A stretch of DNA of 56,130 bases, counting the filler, from Sluysia triapertura (taxonomy: Eukaryota), in the NCBI GenBank assembly GCA_046118255.1. It is 4 parts of 4 records of this genome, joined end to end, with 100 filler letters (N's around TTAATTAATTAA, not from the genome) between each part and the next. Parts side by side here need not be neighbours in the genome. Positions count along the whole stretch, not along the records: positions 1 to 17,998 come from JBJNIA010183057.1; positions 18,099 to 30,749 come from JBJNIA010091899.1; 2 more parts are not named here. One strand, given 5' to 3'. The notes beneath the pieces are model-generated. The model had not been told where the DNA came from, ran no database searches, and saw only the letters and a list, made by a program, of their open reading frames with translations. Within the stretch, counting starts at the first letter, position 1; each line of letters starts with the position of its first letter. Of the stretch, positions 12,101 through 24,128 are shown piece after piece. The position numbers and the translations under genes were made by a program.

Positions 12101-14372
12101 ATATTTTTTGATGCTAAAAATATTAACTTTCCTTTAACTTTCCTTTAACTTTCCTTTAACTTTCCATTCCTAACCTGACCTCTATGAGAAAGTGATATTC
12201 AAAAAGTGTCATCAATTTTATATTCTGAAGTAATAACTTTCAAGCAATGCATAGGTTTTGGTTTTATCTTATTACTTGGAAATAGTATTCTGGTTACTAG
12301 TCCTAAGTATATTTGAATCTCTCCTTATAATACTTGAAGTTCATTTGTACAGCATCATAAATTCATTAATTGTTTCATAAAAGAATGTGGAGTGTTATCC
12401 AAATCAACATTATCATCAAATATGTTTGAAACCACAACTGCATTAATAGCAGAAGCTTTTAATGCTTCATTATGGTTTCCTAAAGGATAACGGTAATCAT
12501 TCAAAAATTCCTATTATTGATGCGTCATTTGATTTAATTATATCGATGACTTCTTCCACTAATACAATTACTGGTAGTTCCATGAAAACATTAATTGATT
12601 AATTAATGTTATTATTATTTCGTCATTATTTCGTCCTTATTCTTATTCATTCTTTTTTCTTTGTTCTTAGTTGATTTTACGTTACTATTATTTTTATATT
12701 TATTTCGTCCACTTTCCTTCTTTCTTTTTCTATTTCTTGTAGATCTCTTTACTTCTTTCTGTTGTTCAATTACTTCTGTCTCTTTGTTCTTCTTTTATTC
12801 CTTTTTCCTACTAAAGTTTAGGAAATTTTCGCAAAGATAATTTATAAAAAAATTTCTTGTTTTCTTCTTGAACTACTCTTTCTTTCTTACAGTCATCATA
12901 GTCCAGTTTTATTCTGTAAAATTATAGTAATACTTGTGCTTTTTCATCTGTTAGACTGCCTCGTAGTCTTCCAGTCTTATACTTTCCTTTTTATTATAAT
13001 TATATTTTATATTTATAATTATTTTACTAATATTATATTTTACTATTTTTATCATTTTTCTTATCAAACCTTACCTTTCTTATGGAACCCTGCATCCTTA
13101 ATGGTTGGTACAATTTCGTGCGTAACGACCTTGTCTACCGCAATTATGACAAATTACTTCCCTTCTACGTTAGTCTGTGTTAGCTTCATCATTGTAATTA
13201 TAATTATTGGTTCTGCTGGGACTCTTGCTTCTACACGCCACATTACTGTTTTGATTATCTGTTCAAGTGCTCGCTGACTAATGTTACTCTGATAATTTCC
13301 TTCACATTCTATTGTGTTTGTTTTTCTTGGGTTATAATAATTATTTCCTTTCAAATTATTTGTTTCTTCTGTAACTGTTTCCTTGAAAATAATTTTCAAT
13401 CGATCACTATTATTTAACGAATTCCTATACTTACATTATCCAACAATTTTATTAGTTACTTACATAACTTATATTATCCTTTTCTTCAATTCGGAACCTT
13501 TTGATACCTCTTAATTTTTTAACTATTTCCTTAAAAGACCGGCTGTCTATTAAACTTACATAAATTCTTAATTCGGAACATAACCCACTTTTAAATTTAT
13601 CTACCAAAATCATTTCTTTCTTATCTTCAGGAATTTTTGCCACGAAACTCTTAAGCGCGCAAGCAAATTCATATACAGTTTCAAGTGGATTTTGCTTTCT
13701 AATACCTAACATTTTCTCATAATATTTTCCTGTCATCAAAAGCAACTTCCTTTGTGAATGCGTAAACGAAAGAATTACAGTTTTGCTTTTTTGAATGATC
13801 CTTGTAAGTTTGAATTGCTATTTCTGTTAAATAATTTTGATTTTAATTTTTTCTATCTCCATCCGGCCTATAGCTTCTGCTCTGCTGTCATATTAAAACA
13901 GGAAATTACAAAGCTCTTCTTCGGCTCCACTTAACTTATGTATTCCTGGAAGTAAAACTACGGGTTTTGAGGCATGAACAAGTTTCGTCATATAATCGTT
14001 GGATTCGTTGATAGGTATGGCCATTCTTCTATCGAATTATGACGAGGTTCAGATCTAGGAATTCTAGAGTTTTCTTTATACTCTTTATCTAAAACTTATA
14101 TATATATATATGTTTTATTTCAAGGTTTATTTATAACTTATATAATTTCAACGAAATGTCGATTAATATATCCTTAAATTAATATCTTTCGCTTATTTAT
14201 ATAACTACTTTGATTATAAATGAAAGTTAATTATTGTTTTTTTTATTTATTTGTATAGTTAAATATCGTATCAATTTAAGCAGTTGATATATTATGAGCA
14301 CTACATATGTATTCTTAATTTATTTTTACTTATGTTAATTTGTAATTATGTGTTGTCCCAATTCCGGTGCCA
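9188..14372 (-). mobile_element. Decayed Ty3/Gypsy LTR retrotransposon, internal region (gag-zinc knuckle-extra domain-PR-RT-RH-IN)
   Basis: gag ATG at 14024. Knuckle CHNCGRQGRYARNC at ~13110-13150. Protease VITALIETGAVASLI at ~11470-11515. RT YFTTLDLRNSYWKI...KTAF-like...MLFGLIGAPAT at 10640-10837. RH and IN remnants at 9400-10270. Many stops and frameshifts. Confidence 0.92.
14355..14372 (-). promoter_or_regulatory. Primer-binding site, tRNA-Lys3-like
   Basis: TGGCACCGGAATTGGGAC is 14/18 identical to the Lys3 PBS TGGCGCCCGAACAGGGAC. It lies 5 nt after a ...TGCA end and upstream of gag. Confidence 0.75.
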
Positions 14373-15504
14373 AATTTTGCATATCTTTTTTCTAAACCTT
14401 ACAAAATGAATATGAATGGTTTGCTTCAGTCTACGGTTAAACTGGTAATTCAGTGACGTATTTCTAAGAATTTTTCAAGTATTAATTATTAATCTAGTCA
14501 TTTACCTATATCTTTATTATACTACAAATTTTAAACTAATAATCTTTTATTGGTTATTTGGTGGCTTCCTAAACTTTATAGTTATTCTTATTCTTGTAAT
14601 TATCTCGATTAACCTATTATTCAAGAGTTATTTCAAAAATTCCTTCAACCTTGATTTCTTTTATTATTATATTAAATAACAAAGTCTACTGTTCTTTATT
14701 CACAAAATAATAAAGTAGTGTTGTATAGTGCAAACAACAATAATAATAATTTGTAACAGTAGAAGACTCCTTTTTTGGACTTCTTTTGCTTTAAAATATT
14801 GAATTTAATAAGATTTTATTACTAGCTGAAGGTAGGATTGTGAGTAAGATTTTGATATTTCCGTTAAGCTTAAACTTAACAAAACTAAACTTACATAAAC
14901 GAATCGAAATAACTGGATCAAATAAATTCTCGAATGGATATACACCTATACCAAAATCACAACATATACATTTTAAGATTCCAATTACAAATTTTATTTT
15001 TTTATAGAATGTTGTGTTTTGCTCTTAGAATTTTTTAATTTTTATATATTTAATTTTTTCAGCTGCTTTTATTTAAGAATAATTCCAAATTATAAAATTT
15101 TATGGTATGGCAAATCGGAGCTTCGATTTCTTGAAGGATATTATCAGAGTACTGAAGACAGGAAGAAAAAACAAAATATTAAAATTATAAAATATTAAAT
15201 TATAAAATATTAAAATATTATAAAATAAAATATTAAATTATAAAGCTGTTGCAGCTGTTCTTAAATTATTAAATTTTGTTTTTTCTAACTTTATTACAAT
15301 TTAAAACATTTTCATTAATTTTATTATTTTTCTTTTAAATTAATTTAAATTAATAGTTTAATTATTTAAATTTTCTGATGGTGAATTTTGCAAATACCTT
15401 ACACAAGTGTATTTGCTTAAAATTAAAATTAAAAATTAAAAAATTTACTTTATTATATTTACCTTTATTCTTTTGGAAATTATATAAAGTACTGATAAAG
15501 TAAT

Positions 15505-16035
15505 AAAATGTAACCTCCTCACTGAGCGACATCAGATTATGCACAAAAACAAGTCGTTTGCACCGATCAATCGCTTTGAACCAGAGTGTGCTTGTGAAAG
15601 TATACGGATTTCGGACGAAGCAAGGTTTTCATTGCGACCGCCTTTGAATACACAAAATGATCGCATTTACCGAGAATTACGTGTAAAAACTGACATACCT
15701 GAGGAAGATCTGACATCTGTTCTTTGTTATGCTGCAGTTTCATGGTATGGCAAATCGGAGCTTCGATTTCTTGAAGGATATTATCAGAGTACTGAAGACA
15801 GGAAGAAAAAACAATAAACCAACAAGTTTATTGTGAAAGGATATTCCGCGATATGTGAAATGTAATGGACGACCAAATATGGACAGGGCGAATGATGGTT
15901 CCAGTGCTCATCAGCAAAGGCTTCAGTTTCTTCAGCAATCTACTTCTGATTTCATTCAACCGGAAGATTGGCCCTCCAAAAGTCCAGACTTAAATGTCAT
16001 GGATTACTGCGTTTGGAGCTTGTTATTGTCACAAG
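15505..16035 (+). mobile_element. Tc1/mariner (DD37D/maT-like) transposase pseudogene
   Basis: ISDEARF...LNTQNDRIY, CYAAVSWYGKSELRF, DGSSAH and WPSKSPDLNVMDYCVW, with frameshifts. Confidence 0.9.
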
Positions 16036-17721
16036 CTCGATATTGGAGCTTCATATTGTTACATTAACTCTGTAAATGATGTAATTATGTAAATTGTTTT
16101 GAATTCATTTTTCATATTTTGTATAAGTACTTTAATATTTTAGTTTTTGAAAATAATTTAAGTTTAAATTTTACTTTTAAATGTTTATATAAAACATTCA
16201 ATTTTTTAAAAATTAATGTGAATAATATATTTAATTAAGTGGAAATATTATTAGTATTAGAGATATTATCATAGAAGTCAATATTTTTGTTTATACAGTA
16301 AAACCAAATGTTTTTCTGGTAGTTATTATCGAATAATATTATCAAAAAATTTTTATCTAATAATTTTTATAAAAATATTTGTTGGTATATTAAAAAAGAA
16401 TTTATATTTTTATCAAAAAATACTAATTATCAAATTTTTATATTTTTTCGGTTAAATGCAAATAAACAAATTTTAAATATTGTCGGCGGATTAAAAGTCT
16501 ATAGAACTATAGAACAGAAAGCTAAAAACTCACAATAAAAAGACGTTACTGAGAGACTTAAAGTTGGTCAACAAATTGTGAATTTTTCTAAACAAGATTT
16601 GTCAACCAGATTCGAGTGAATACTATTTTGAAATCGATAATTAAGTTTAATTCGATACTGATACTTGGATATTCGTTGGAAAAAACGACGAAGAAATTTT
16701 AATTCGACATTGATATTTGGATATTCGTTAGAGGAAACCAAAATTATTGGATATTTACTGAAATCATATTCTTTAAAAATTCTATTACCTGTATCCATGA
16801 ATAAGTTAGCAACTTTTTATGAAGTTTTTAGCTTTCATTAAGTTAGCTTTAAAATCAACTTAAAATCAAACAAAATATCATCCAAGCATTCGCCTGGATT
16901 AAAATCTGTTTAAACTTTCATATTTTATTAAAAGGAGAAATTCCTTTACGGTCGTTATAATAATTATTATTATTATTATTATTTTTCTGAACTGTGTTTG
17001 TTAAATTTTCTTTGATAATATATTTTCTTGTTCGACACGTTATAATTTGAATTTACTATAAAGTCTAGTATAAATTTGTACGTCAAAGGGTAAATAAAAT
17101 AAAATAAAAAGTATTTAATTCAATGATAAGTTAAGCTATTAAGAAGATATACGCAATAGCAAAAAATCTTGAGCTCTAAAGTTATTAAGGACATTTTACG
17201 TAGATTTTCGACATTTGACATCCTGTGAGTACGTCTTCCTTGAGATACAAACCGCATATCACAGACGAACCCGAAAACTAATATCATAATTGTTACTACC
17301 GAATCAATAAAAGTAGAACAACTCTATTGAAGATTTGAAAACGAGCTTTGGAAGAGCTTGGAACGATATATCACAAGTAACCCTTCTAAACACTACATGA
17401 GCATGGATTTGTAGATTAAGACGCTACTCTCAAGTGCACGGACGACATTTTGAGTATCTTAACCGGGGTTCGTGGCTTAGTATAAATAATATAATATATT
17501 ATAATATAAATATAAATATAATATAAATATAAATATAAAACGCTAATTAGCGCCAATAGTATGTTTTTTTATTTCTTAGCATTCCTTTATGTAACAAAAC
17601 AATCTGAAAAATTTTTATTACTTCTCGAGGTAAAAAGGTTGAGAAACGCTGATATAACACATGCCTTTAAAAACCTTTGTAAAAATAAATAGCTGTTTGA
17701 CAAATTTTCTGCTTTTCTAGT

Positions 17722-17866
17722 GACTTCATAAAATGGGCTGGCCGGGAATCGAACCCGGGACCTCCCGCTTCACAGACGAGCAGTTCGATGCCCGTCTAAC
17801 AATTTTATTTTATTATAGTCAATTATATTATCATTATTTATGGCACGTTAAGCCTTTACCCCAAGA
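17722..17866 (-). mobile_element. tRNA-containing mini-LTR, copy A (D-arm deleted, one end eroded)
   Basis: Homologous to 23792-23963 and 52136-52291. Box B GGTTCGATTCC is present. Confidence 0.8.
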
Positions 17867-17909
17867 ATTTTACATAATAATAATAAATTTAAATTATTGT
17901 TATCCTTTG

Positions 17910-17925
17910 GTTTATTATTATTATC

Positions 17926-17998
<73 letters not shown>
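17910..17998. repeat. (ATT)n microsatellite running into the gap
   Basis: Direct reading. Confidence 0.97.
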
Positions 17999-18098
17999 NN
18001 NNNNNNNNNNNNNNNNNNNNNNNNNNNNNNNNNNNNNNNNNNTTAATTAATTAANNNNNNNNNNNNNNNNNNNNNNNNNNNNNNNNNNNNNNNNNNNN
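17999..18098. other. Artificial contig linker N44-TTAATTAATTAA-N44 (six-frame stop)
   Basis: The same 100-nt block occurs three times. Confidence 0.97.
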
Positions 18099-18141
18099 TA
18101 TTTTCATCAGTTATTTTAATCTCGAAAATCACAGTAAAATT

Positions 18142-18173
18142 GAAATGGGACTCTTATTTTCGGACAGAGGGAG
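18142..18173 (-). mobile_element. Right TIR of a Stowaway-like Tc1/mariner element, followed by TA
   Basis: Exact reverse complement of 43958-43989. Confidence 0.85.
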
Positions 18174-18399
18174 TAATTAAATTAAAAAAACATAAAAGAT
18201 GCTAAATTTATTTATTAAGTCTAAAATAAAATTTAAATATGGCAAAATTGTTAATTTTCGGATATACCAGGTACCAATTTTACTAAATAGATAAAATAAT
18301 TCTGTTAAATTTAAATTGGATAAATAGTAAACAAAATTTACTTTTACATCGTCTGATATCAGGAAATGATAAACTTTTAGGTACAATTCAGCAGCAAAA

Positions 18400-19298
18400 T
18401 TAACTTGTACGTAACATGATTTGACAGGATTTCTGTTTGGTCTTGGTTTTTGGTTGAGCATTCTCGGATCCGAACGGGAAGTTTAACACTAATTTTACTG
18501 GATTCTTAATTTCATACATCAGAATCATCTCTAATAAAGGCTAAATTGTTAAGTATATATGTCTTGTCGATATCGTGCATTAATGTTTCACATTATTTTA
18601 AGAGTGACTATGTCTTCACTATTATGTGACAAAGTCCAGACATTAAGTTTCCACTGTGTTGGAAAATTATTTTTAACTGAGATATCAAGAAGTTGTAAAT
18701 TATTAAACAGGATCTGATAATCCGTTTCAACATCATCATGACGTGTTGCTGGATGGAATTGCATTCGTTTAAACATCTTTTTATTTCCTTTACATAATTT
18801 ATTACATGATTTCAGTAGTATTTTGAGAACTCTTTGGATCTTTTCCTCTAATTTATAACACATCATTTGATCTACCTCCTCAATTACCAAATATCGTAAA
18901 GAATAAAAAAAATTTCTTTAATTTGATTTGTATGATAAAGGATCATTGAAATTCGAGCAGTGGACGCTACTAAAATGTGCACATCTAAAATCATATGTAT
19001 CTCTCCAGTTGTATCCTTTGTTCATCCTTATTAATCGGACATAATTTTGCATTACTAATTGAACAGTTGGAATAAAAATCATTATATAAATAAATGGTCG
19101 ATCTTTGACCAAACATTGTTGAATAAATGGAATACCGTAGCGAACAATCTTCTTACTTCCGGTTTTAGTTAAACTAATATCGTCTTTGAGCATCAATAAT
19201 AAAGGCATAGCATGTTGTTGTATATGAGCCGGTTTTGAATATTTCAATTTTGAAACATGATCTAAAATTGCAGATATTTTGGTTACAGTTGTTATCAT
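18400..19298 (-). pseudogene. Intronless decayed DEAD-box RNA helicase (cargo)
   Basis: Q-motif YSKPAHIQQHAMP, Walker A-like TKTGSKK, motif Ia IPTVQLVMQ, DEAD-like LVIEEVDQM and SAT-like FHPAT, all in the correct order, with frameshifts. Confidence 0.85.
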
Positions 19299-19529
19299 TT
19301 TCTTACCAAAGATAATTCTAATGTACCAAATATTTTTGAAAAATCAAAATTATTTATTTTTAAAATTTTCTGTTTTTTATTTAGTAACTTTTTGATTGAA
19401 TTGTGAGTTAGATAACCACATAGGCATGATTAATTAATTTTTGCTCTTAAATTTTTATTGGTTACTCACTACAATGCTATTATTCCTCATAAAATTCTTA
19501 TCATAATGTGATTAATGACAAACAATGTA

Positions 19530-20572
19530 GGATAGTCTGAAAATGATTGGACGTCCAATTAGGTATGAGAAAAATACAAAGCAGAAAGAAATCAATTGGA
19601 CACTCAATCAACCGAAATAATCGAGTTAGTAACTGTCACCAGTTATAGTGATTTATTTTAATGTAGTGTCACTAGTGACGAACGGTCTAAATAGACTAAC
19701 CTACAAAAAGTAATACAATGTTGCTGGTTAAAAGTATGGAATGACAATAATTAAATAGCAACACTATTAATAATAACATTAACAACAATAAAAATGGCTC
19801 AAATGACAATAATAATATAGAGACAAATCTTTTTAAAAAAATGGTCTAACATGATCTTTCTGTTATTTTAATTTTAGTTTTCTGAACATAAATAGGTTTC
19901 TTTTAATTTAATCTTTTTAACTAAAGTATTTTAAATACAATGTGTAAAAATAGCTTAAAAATGCTAAGTTAGAGTTTTCGGTGATATTCATTACTGGATG
20001 TTGAAAGTTTGTGAGTTTGTGATGTTTTGGTTTGATTTTAAGATTTATAATGTAATTCTGTAGTTATGAGATTGTGAATAAAATGTTTTAGTTAAAGTTT
20101 ATTGTACATTAGTGATTTTGAATGTAGAAGTGATTTTGATATTGTAACTTTATAAATAAGAAATGTTTGAGATGAACTTGAATTGTAGGTTAATAATGAA
20201 TGTAATTATGAATAAAATATTTTTAATGGCTTTTTAATGTATGTTGTAAATTCTGAAAGAGAATGTAATTTTAATATTATGATTTATGATATAGCGATGT
20301 TTTGAGGTTATTATACAGTTTTAGTGAAGGTAGAAAAAACTAAAATATAAAGAGTTTTGCTGTAGGAATGGTTAAAATGTTATAGAGTGTGATTTTATGC
20401 GTTAATTTTGCAGTGTTTTGGATTAACCTTTTTTAGTATTAAATGTGAATTTGATGTTATGCAATTGTATATTTCGAATATTTGGAAATATTTTGAATTA
20501 TGAAATGTTGTGAAAGGTGGTTTGTTTATTTTTTTCTTTATAAAATTCTGAGATATTGGGTTGGTCACTACA
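19530..20572 (-). mobile_element. 5' module of family Z (TGTAGTGACCAAC start, C/A-skewed tract, GTCAC and CCAAT inverted repeats)
   Basis: Collinear similarity to 53288-54300, e.g. TTCATCTCAAACA and CATTAAxAAxCCATTAA. Confidence 0.65.
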
Positions 20573-20807
20573 ATAGGTTTGAATTACGTTACTATGTTAA
20601 ATCATGATATATTTACATTGATGTAGATATATACTGTTATAGTTATCCCAAACTCTCTTAGAGTTTCAAATTCTTTTTCACTCAATAATTATTGCCGCAG
20701 CTGTTTTCAGTAGTATGATTTCATTACCTGGCCAATTTTGTTCTATATTTAAGTATGTGCATACAATCTTAATCTGTAATTTTGTGATTACATGGCAAAT
20801 TTTTATA

Positions 20808-21309
20808 CAGTGGTTGCCAAAATATTAGCTTAAAGACTATTTTTGTTAATATTTTTCAAGGATACTCTGAAACTATTTATCAAAAGTGTATAAATACATG
20901 ACATTTACCGACACGGAAAATGTAAAATGTTGGAAAAAATAGTAATTTCTCGAAAAAATTCTGGTGAAAGTAAAATAATAGATAAAAATATACATAAAAT
21001 TTATATATTATTCATGTAGAATGATAACATAATTTGCTACAAATCAAATATTTACAAACTGTTGTATCACTACTTTGTTTTTCCTCCTTTGTTAGCCAGT
21101 AATTTCCTGATCCTTAAAAGCACGCCACGGATGAACTTGGGGCACAAGTCTTTTATCAGGGTTTCAATAAGTTCCGTCCTGGTAGTTGACAATCTCACAA
21201 ATTTTCTATGTGATTCATGTCATGTGATTCCAGGCCAGGGTAGCAAACATTAAGAAAAATCAAAGAAAAACATTTTTCCTGTTTTAGTCTGATAGTTTGG
21301 TCACTACTG
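20808..21309 (-). mobile_element. Internally deleted Tc1-like element with TA TSD
   Basis: TA-CAGTGGTTGCCAAA...TTTGGTCACTACTG-TA. The internal minus strand reads RIRKLLANKGGKTK*, the Tc1 C-terminus. Confidence 0.85.
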
Positions 21310-21887
21310 TACATGTAACTTTGACCATATAATTTATTTAATTATATTGGCTTGTTTGTTTGCATTGATTTCTGTAGGTATTTTGTATTCTTAAGGTATT
21401 TTGTTCACTCATTAACTTTTTCTCTTTGCTAATTAAGTATGGTAAGTTCCATTTACATTTTCTTCATTCGTGTTATTTTTAGTTATTCTTTCTTACATTA
21501 GTATAATTTAAATTTATAATGCATTTTTGTGACTTATGCCAAATTTACAACTTACACCTATCTTTATATTTGGAACAGATGGCATAAATCTAAGAGTAAC
21601 TAAAATGCAAGATTAAAGTAAAATAAAATCTAATGCTGAAAAATATTATAATAAAGTAATAATAAATATATATTTTTTACTTTATAATATATTTAGAAAA
21701 GCACAAATCACAAATAACAAAACAAATAATCGAAGCCAAAAAGCATTTTATACTTCGAATGATACCACTGCTAATAAGCATTTATTTACAAAATTATCGA
21801 AGTACTTTTAGGTATGTAGTTTTTGTTTTCATTTCAATGCACATTGGTCAGACACAGTGAACAATTATTTACAAATTGACATTTTAA

Positions 21888-22083
21888 CACGTTCACGGAC
21901 AGAGACGGCTATAGCCGTCTTTCTCGTTATTCATGCTGTGACAAGAAGGTTATATGACATGAAGGTTATAGTCACATGCTAATTAGTTCAGATAATTACA
22001 TTAAAATACTACAACTATTATAATTAGCATTACTAAAGTAAAACCGATATTAATCAATCAACATTTTTTGTGACGTGAACGTG
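21888..22083. mobile_element. piggyBac-type MITE with TTAA TSD
   Basis: TTAA-CACGTTCACG...CGTGAACGTG-TTAA. Confidence 0.85.
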
Positions 22084-22929
22084 TTAAAAGAAAATTAAAA
22101 TTATATAAAATTTTAAGCAAGTGGCAACAAATTTTACATAAAATATGAAAAAAACATATACCGTTTTGGAAAAAAATAATTTTATTCAAATAATTTAATC
22201 GCATTCGAAATAGTCTTTTGTCGACAATGTAACGTGAAAAATTCTTCACAGCCATTTTTTTGGAATCATTGTTATCGAATTATTGTTTTCTTGTTACACG
22301 ATCACAAATATAATGAATGTGCTATTAAGAACAATTTCTTAGCACGTTACCTCAAAGTGCGGCTATAGTCGCCAATTTATGTCAACTTGAAAGCAAATGA
22401 CGGCTGTAGCAGATACATATATTTCCATTAATAAAAATGGACCCTAATAAACACAACGTTTACTAGTGCATCAACAAAAAAATATAACATTCTACTTAAC
22501 AGCTAATTACATTTTCTATACGAATATTAATGTCTTGAACAAATCAGAACATGTCATGATAAGCCGTCAAGAGTTTTCCTCAAAAAACTTTGAAAATGTG
22601 TGCTACATTTAGTTTTTAGACATGCAAATTATGTCTAAATAATTTTAAAAAGTGCATTTTTTGGGCCAAGCTGAGGAAACAAAAGTATGCTTCAAAGTGT
22701 TAACAAAAACAATCGATAATTATTTTTAATATATCTTTAAGAAAGACCACTTACAACAAGCCCTAATTATCATTTCATCAGTTCTTTATATAAGTCTAAT
22801 TATTATTATTATTGTAATAAAATTAAATTTATATAATCTTACAATTTAATATAATATTTTTAGATTATATATTTTGGAATTGCTGCATAAAATATTCAAA
22901 TCTTTTAACAACGATGACCACGATGTCTT

Positions 22930-23345
22930 TTTGAATGAATATCATAACAATTATCATCTGTTGCATCATTTATCGAAAATGATATATCGAGTTTTATTAC
23001 AAGTATGATTGTTATTTTTATTACAATGTTGAGGAAAAAGTTCAGGCGCCTTGTTAAAATAATGAATCTTCACCTTCATCGAAGGACTCAAACAAGTGAC
23101 CTTTCATAATGTGTTTCAATGATCCTAAGACACTAGTCAGATGGAGCAACATCTGGGTTATAGGCTGAACGTGGTAGAATTGTTACACCTTCAAATTCTT
23201 CAATTTTCTTATCGTTCTTTCTGGTTGTATGAGGTTTTGCATTATCTTGTCGATACAAGACTTGATACAAACAAAGTTCGGCAGTAATGGAACGACCATC
23301 CGTTCCACAAAAACGGAAATCATGATCTTCTTTCCAAATTGATTT
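22930..23345 (-). mobile_element. mariner (DD34D) transposase relic
   Basis: QDNAKPHT...VTILPRSAYNPDVAPSD matches HDNAxPH...HPPYSPDLAPSD. Confidence 0.85.
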
Positions 23346-23791
23346 TGGTTTGTGTCAAGTCATAAATTTAAAGCTAAATCTAAATACTAAATCTGTAAAA
23401 AATAGTAGTAATAAATAATAAATCCGATAATGAAATTATAATATTTTTTTCACGATAATAATAAATTTCACTAATAAAAATAGTATTTCGATTTGCGGGC
23501 CATATAGCGTAACGCTCAATTTTATGTTTATAAAGAGTCAATAACAAATTACAGATAAGAATAAAAAATTTAAGGTGACAAAACTTACGAATTTAACTTG
23601 CGACACTTTACGTAGAAATGTCTTTTGGTCCCGGGGATTCCTGATCAATTTCAGTCAAGATAGCTGAAGTGATAACCGAATTATACTACATTGTTCGCAT
23701 CACGTCACTGTCAAGACTTTCACTTCAAATAGATAGTGTTTTGTTTTAAGTATTTATAAAATTTACGAATAATTTTAAAGTGGATAAGAAT

Positions 23792-23963
23792 TGTTGGACT
23801 TTAATAAATGGAATGACCAGAAATCGAATCCAGAACATCTCGCTTCTCAGCTATGCATTTCGATACTCTGACCACTGAGCTATCAGCCCGACTAACAATT
23901 TTGTTTCACTATAGTCAAATATACTCTCATTATTCTGTGGCACTTTGGGCCTGTATCCCAACA
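23792..23963 (-). mobile_element. tRNA-containing solo mini-LTR, copy B, 4-bp TSD GAAT
   Basis: GAAT-TGTTGGAC...CCCAACA-GAAT. Internal box A TAGCTCAGTGG and a decayed box B. Confidence 0.88.
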
Positions 23964-24128
23964 GAATCATTGATTATTAATAAGCATAAATTAAAAAATA
24001 AATTCTAGTTTTAAATAATCTAATTTAAATAAATTTTTCGAATTTGATGTAAATAATGTGAAATAATTTAGAAACAATTTAATTTATATTGCCCTAATAT
24101 CTACTGCATAATAAGTACTCAAAAGTGC

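Noticed and set aside
14378-14970. Pairing of a 5' LTR with 8564-9187 as 3' LTR
   Set aside because: Only scattered short matches (GAATCGAAAT and a TGCA end) and no TSD, so it cannot be supported.
17733-18050. 105-aa ORF MGWPGIEPGT...poly-I
   Set aside because: Antisense of the tRNA-like cassette plus the (ATT)n microsatellite and gap.
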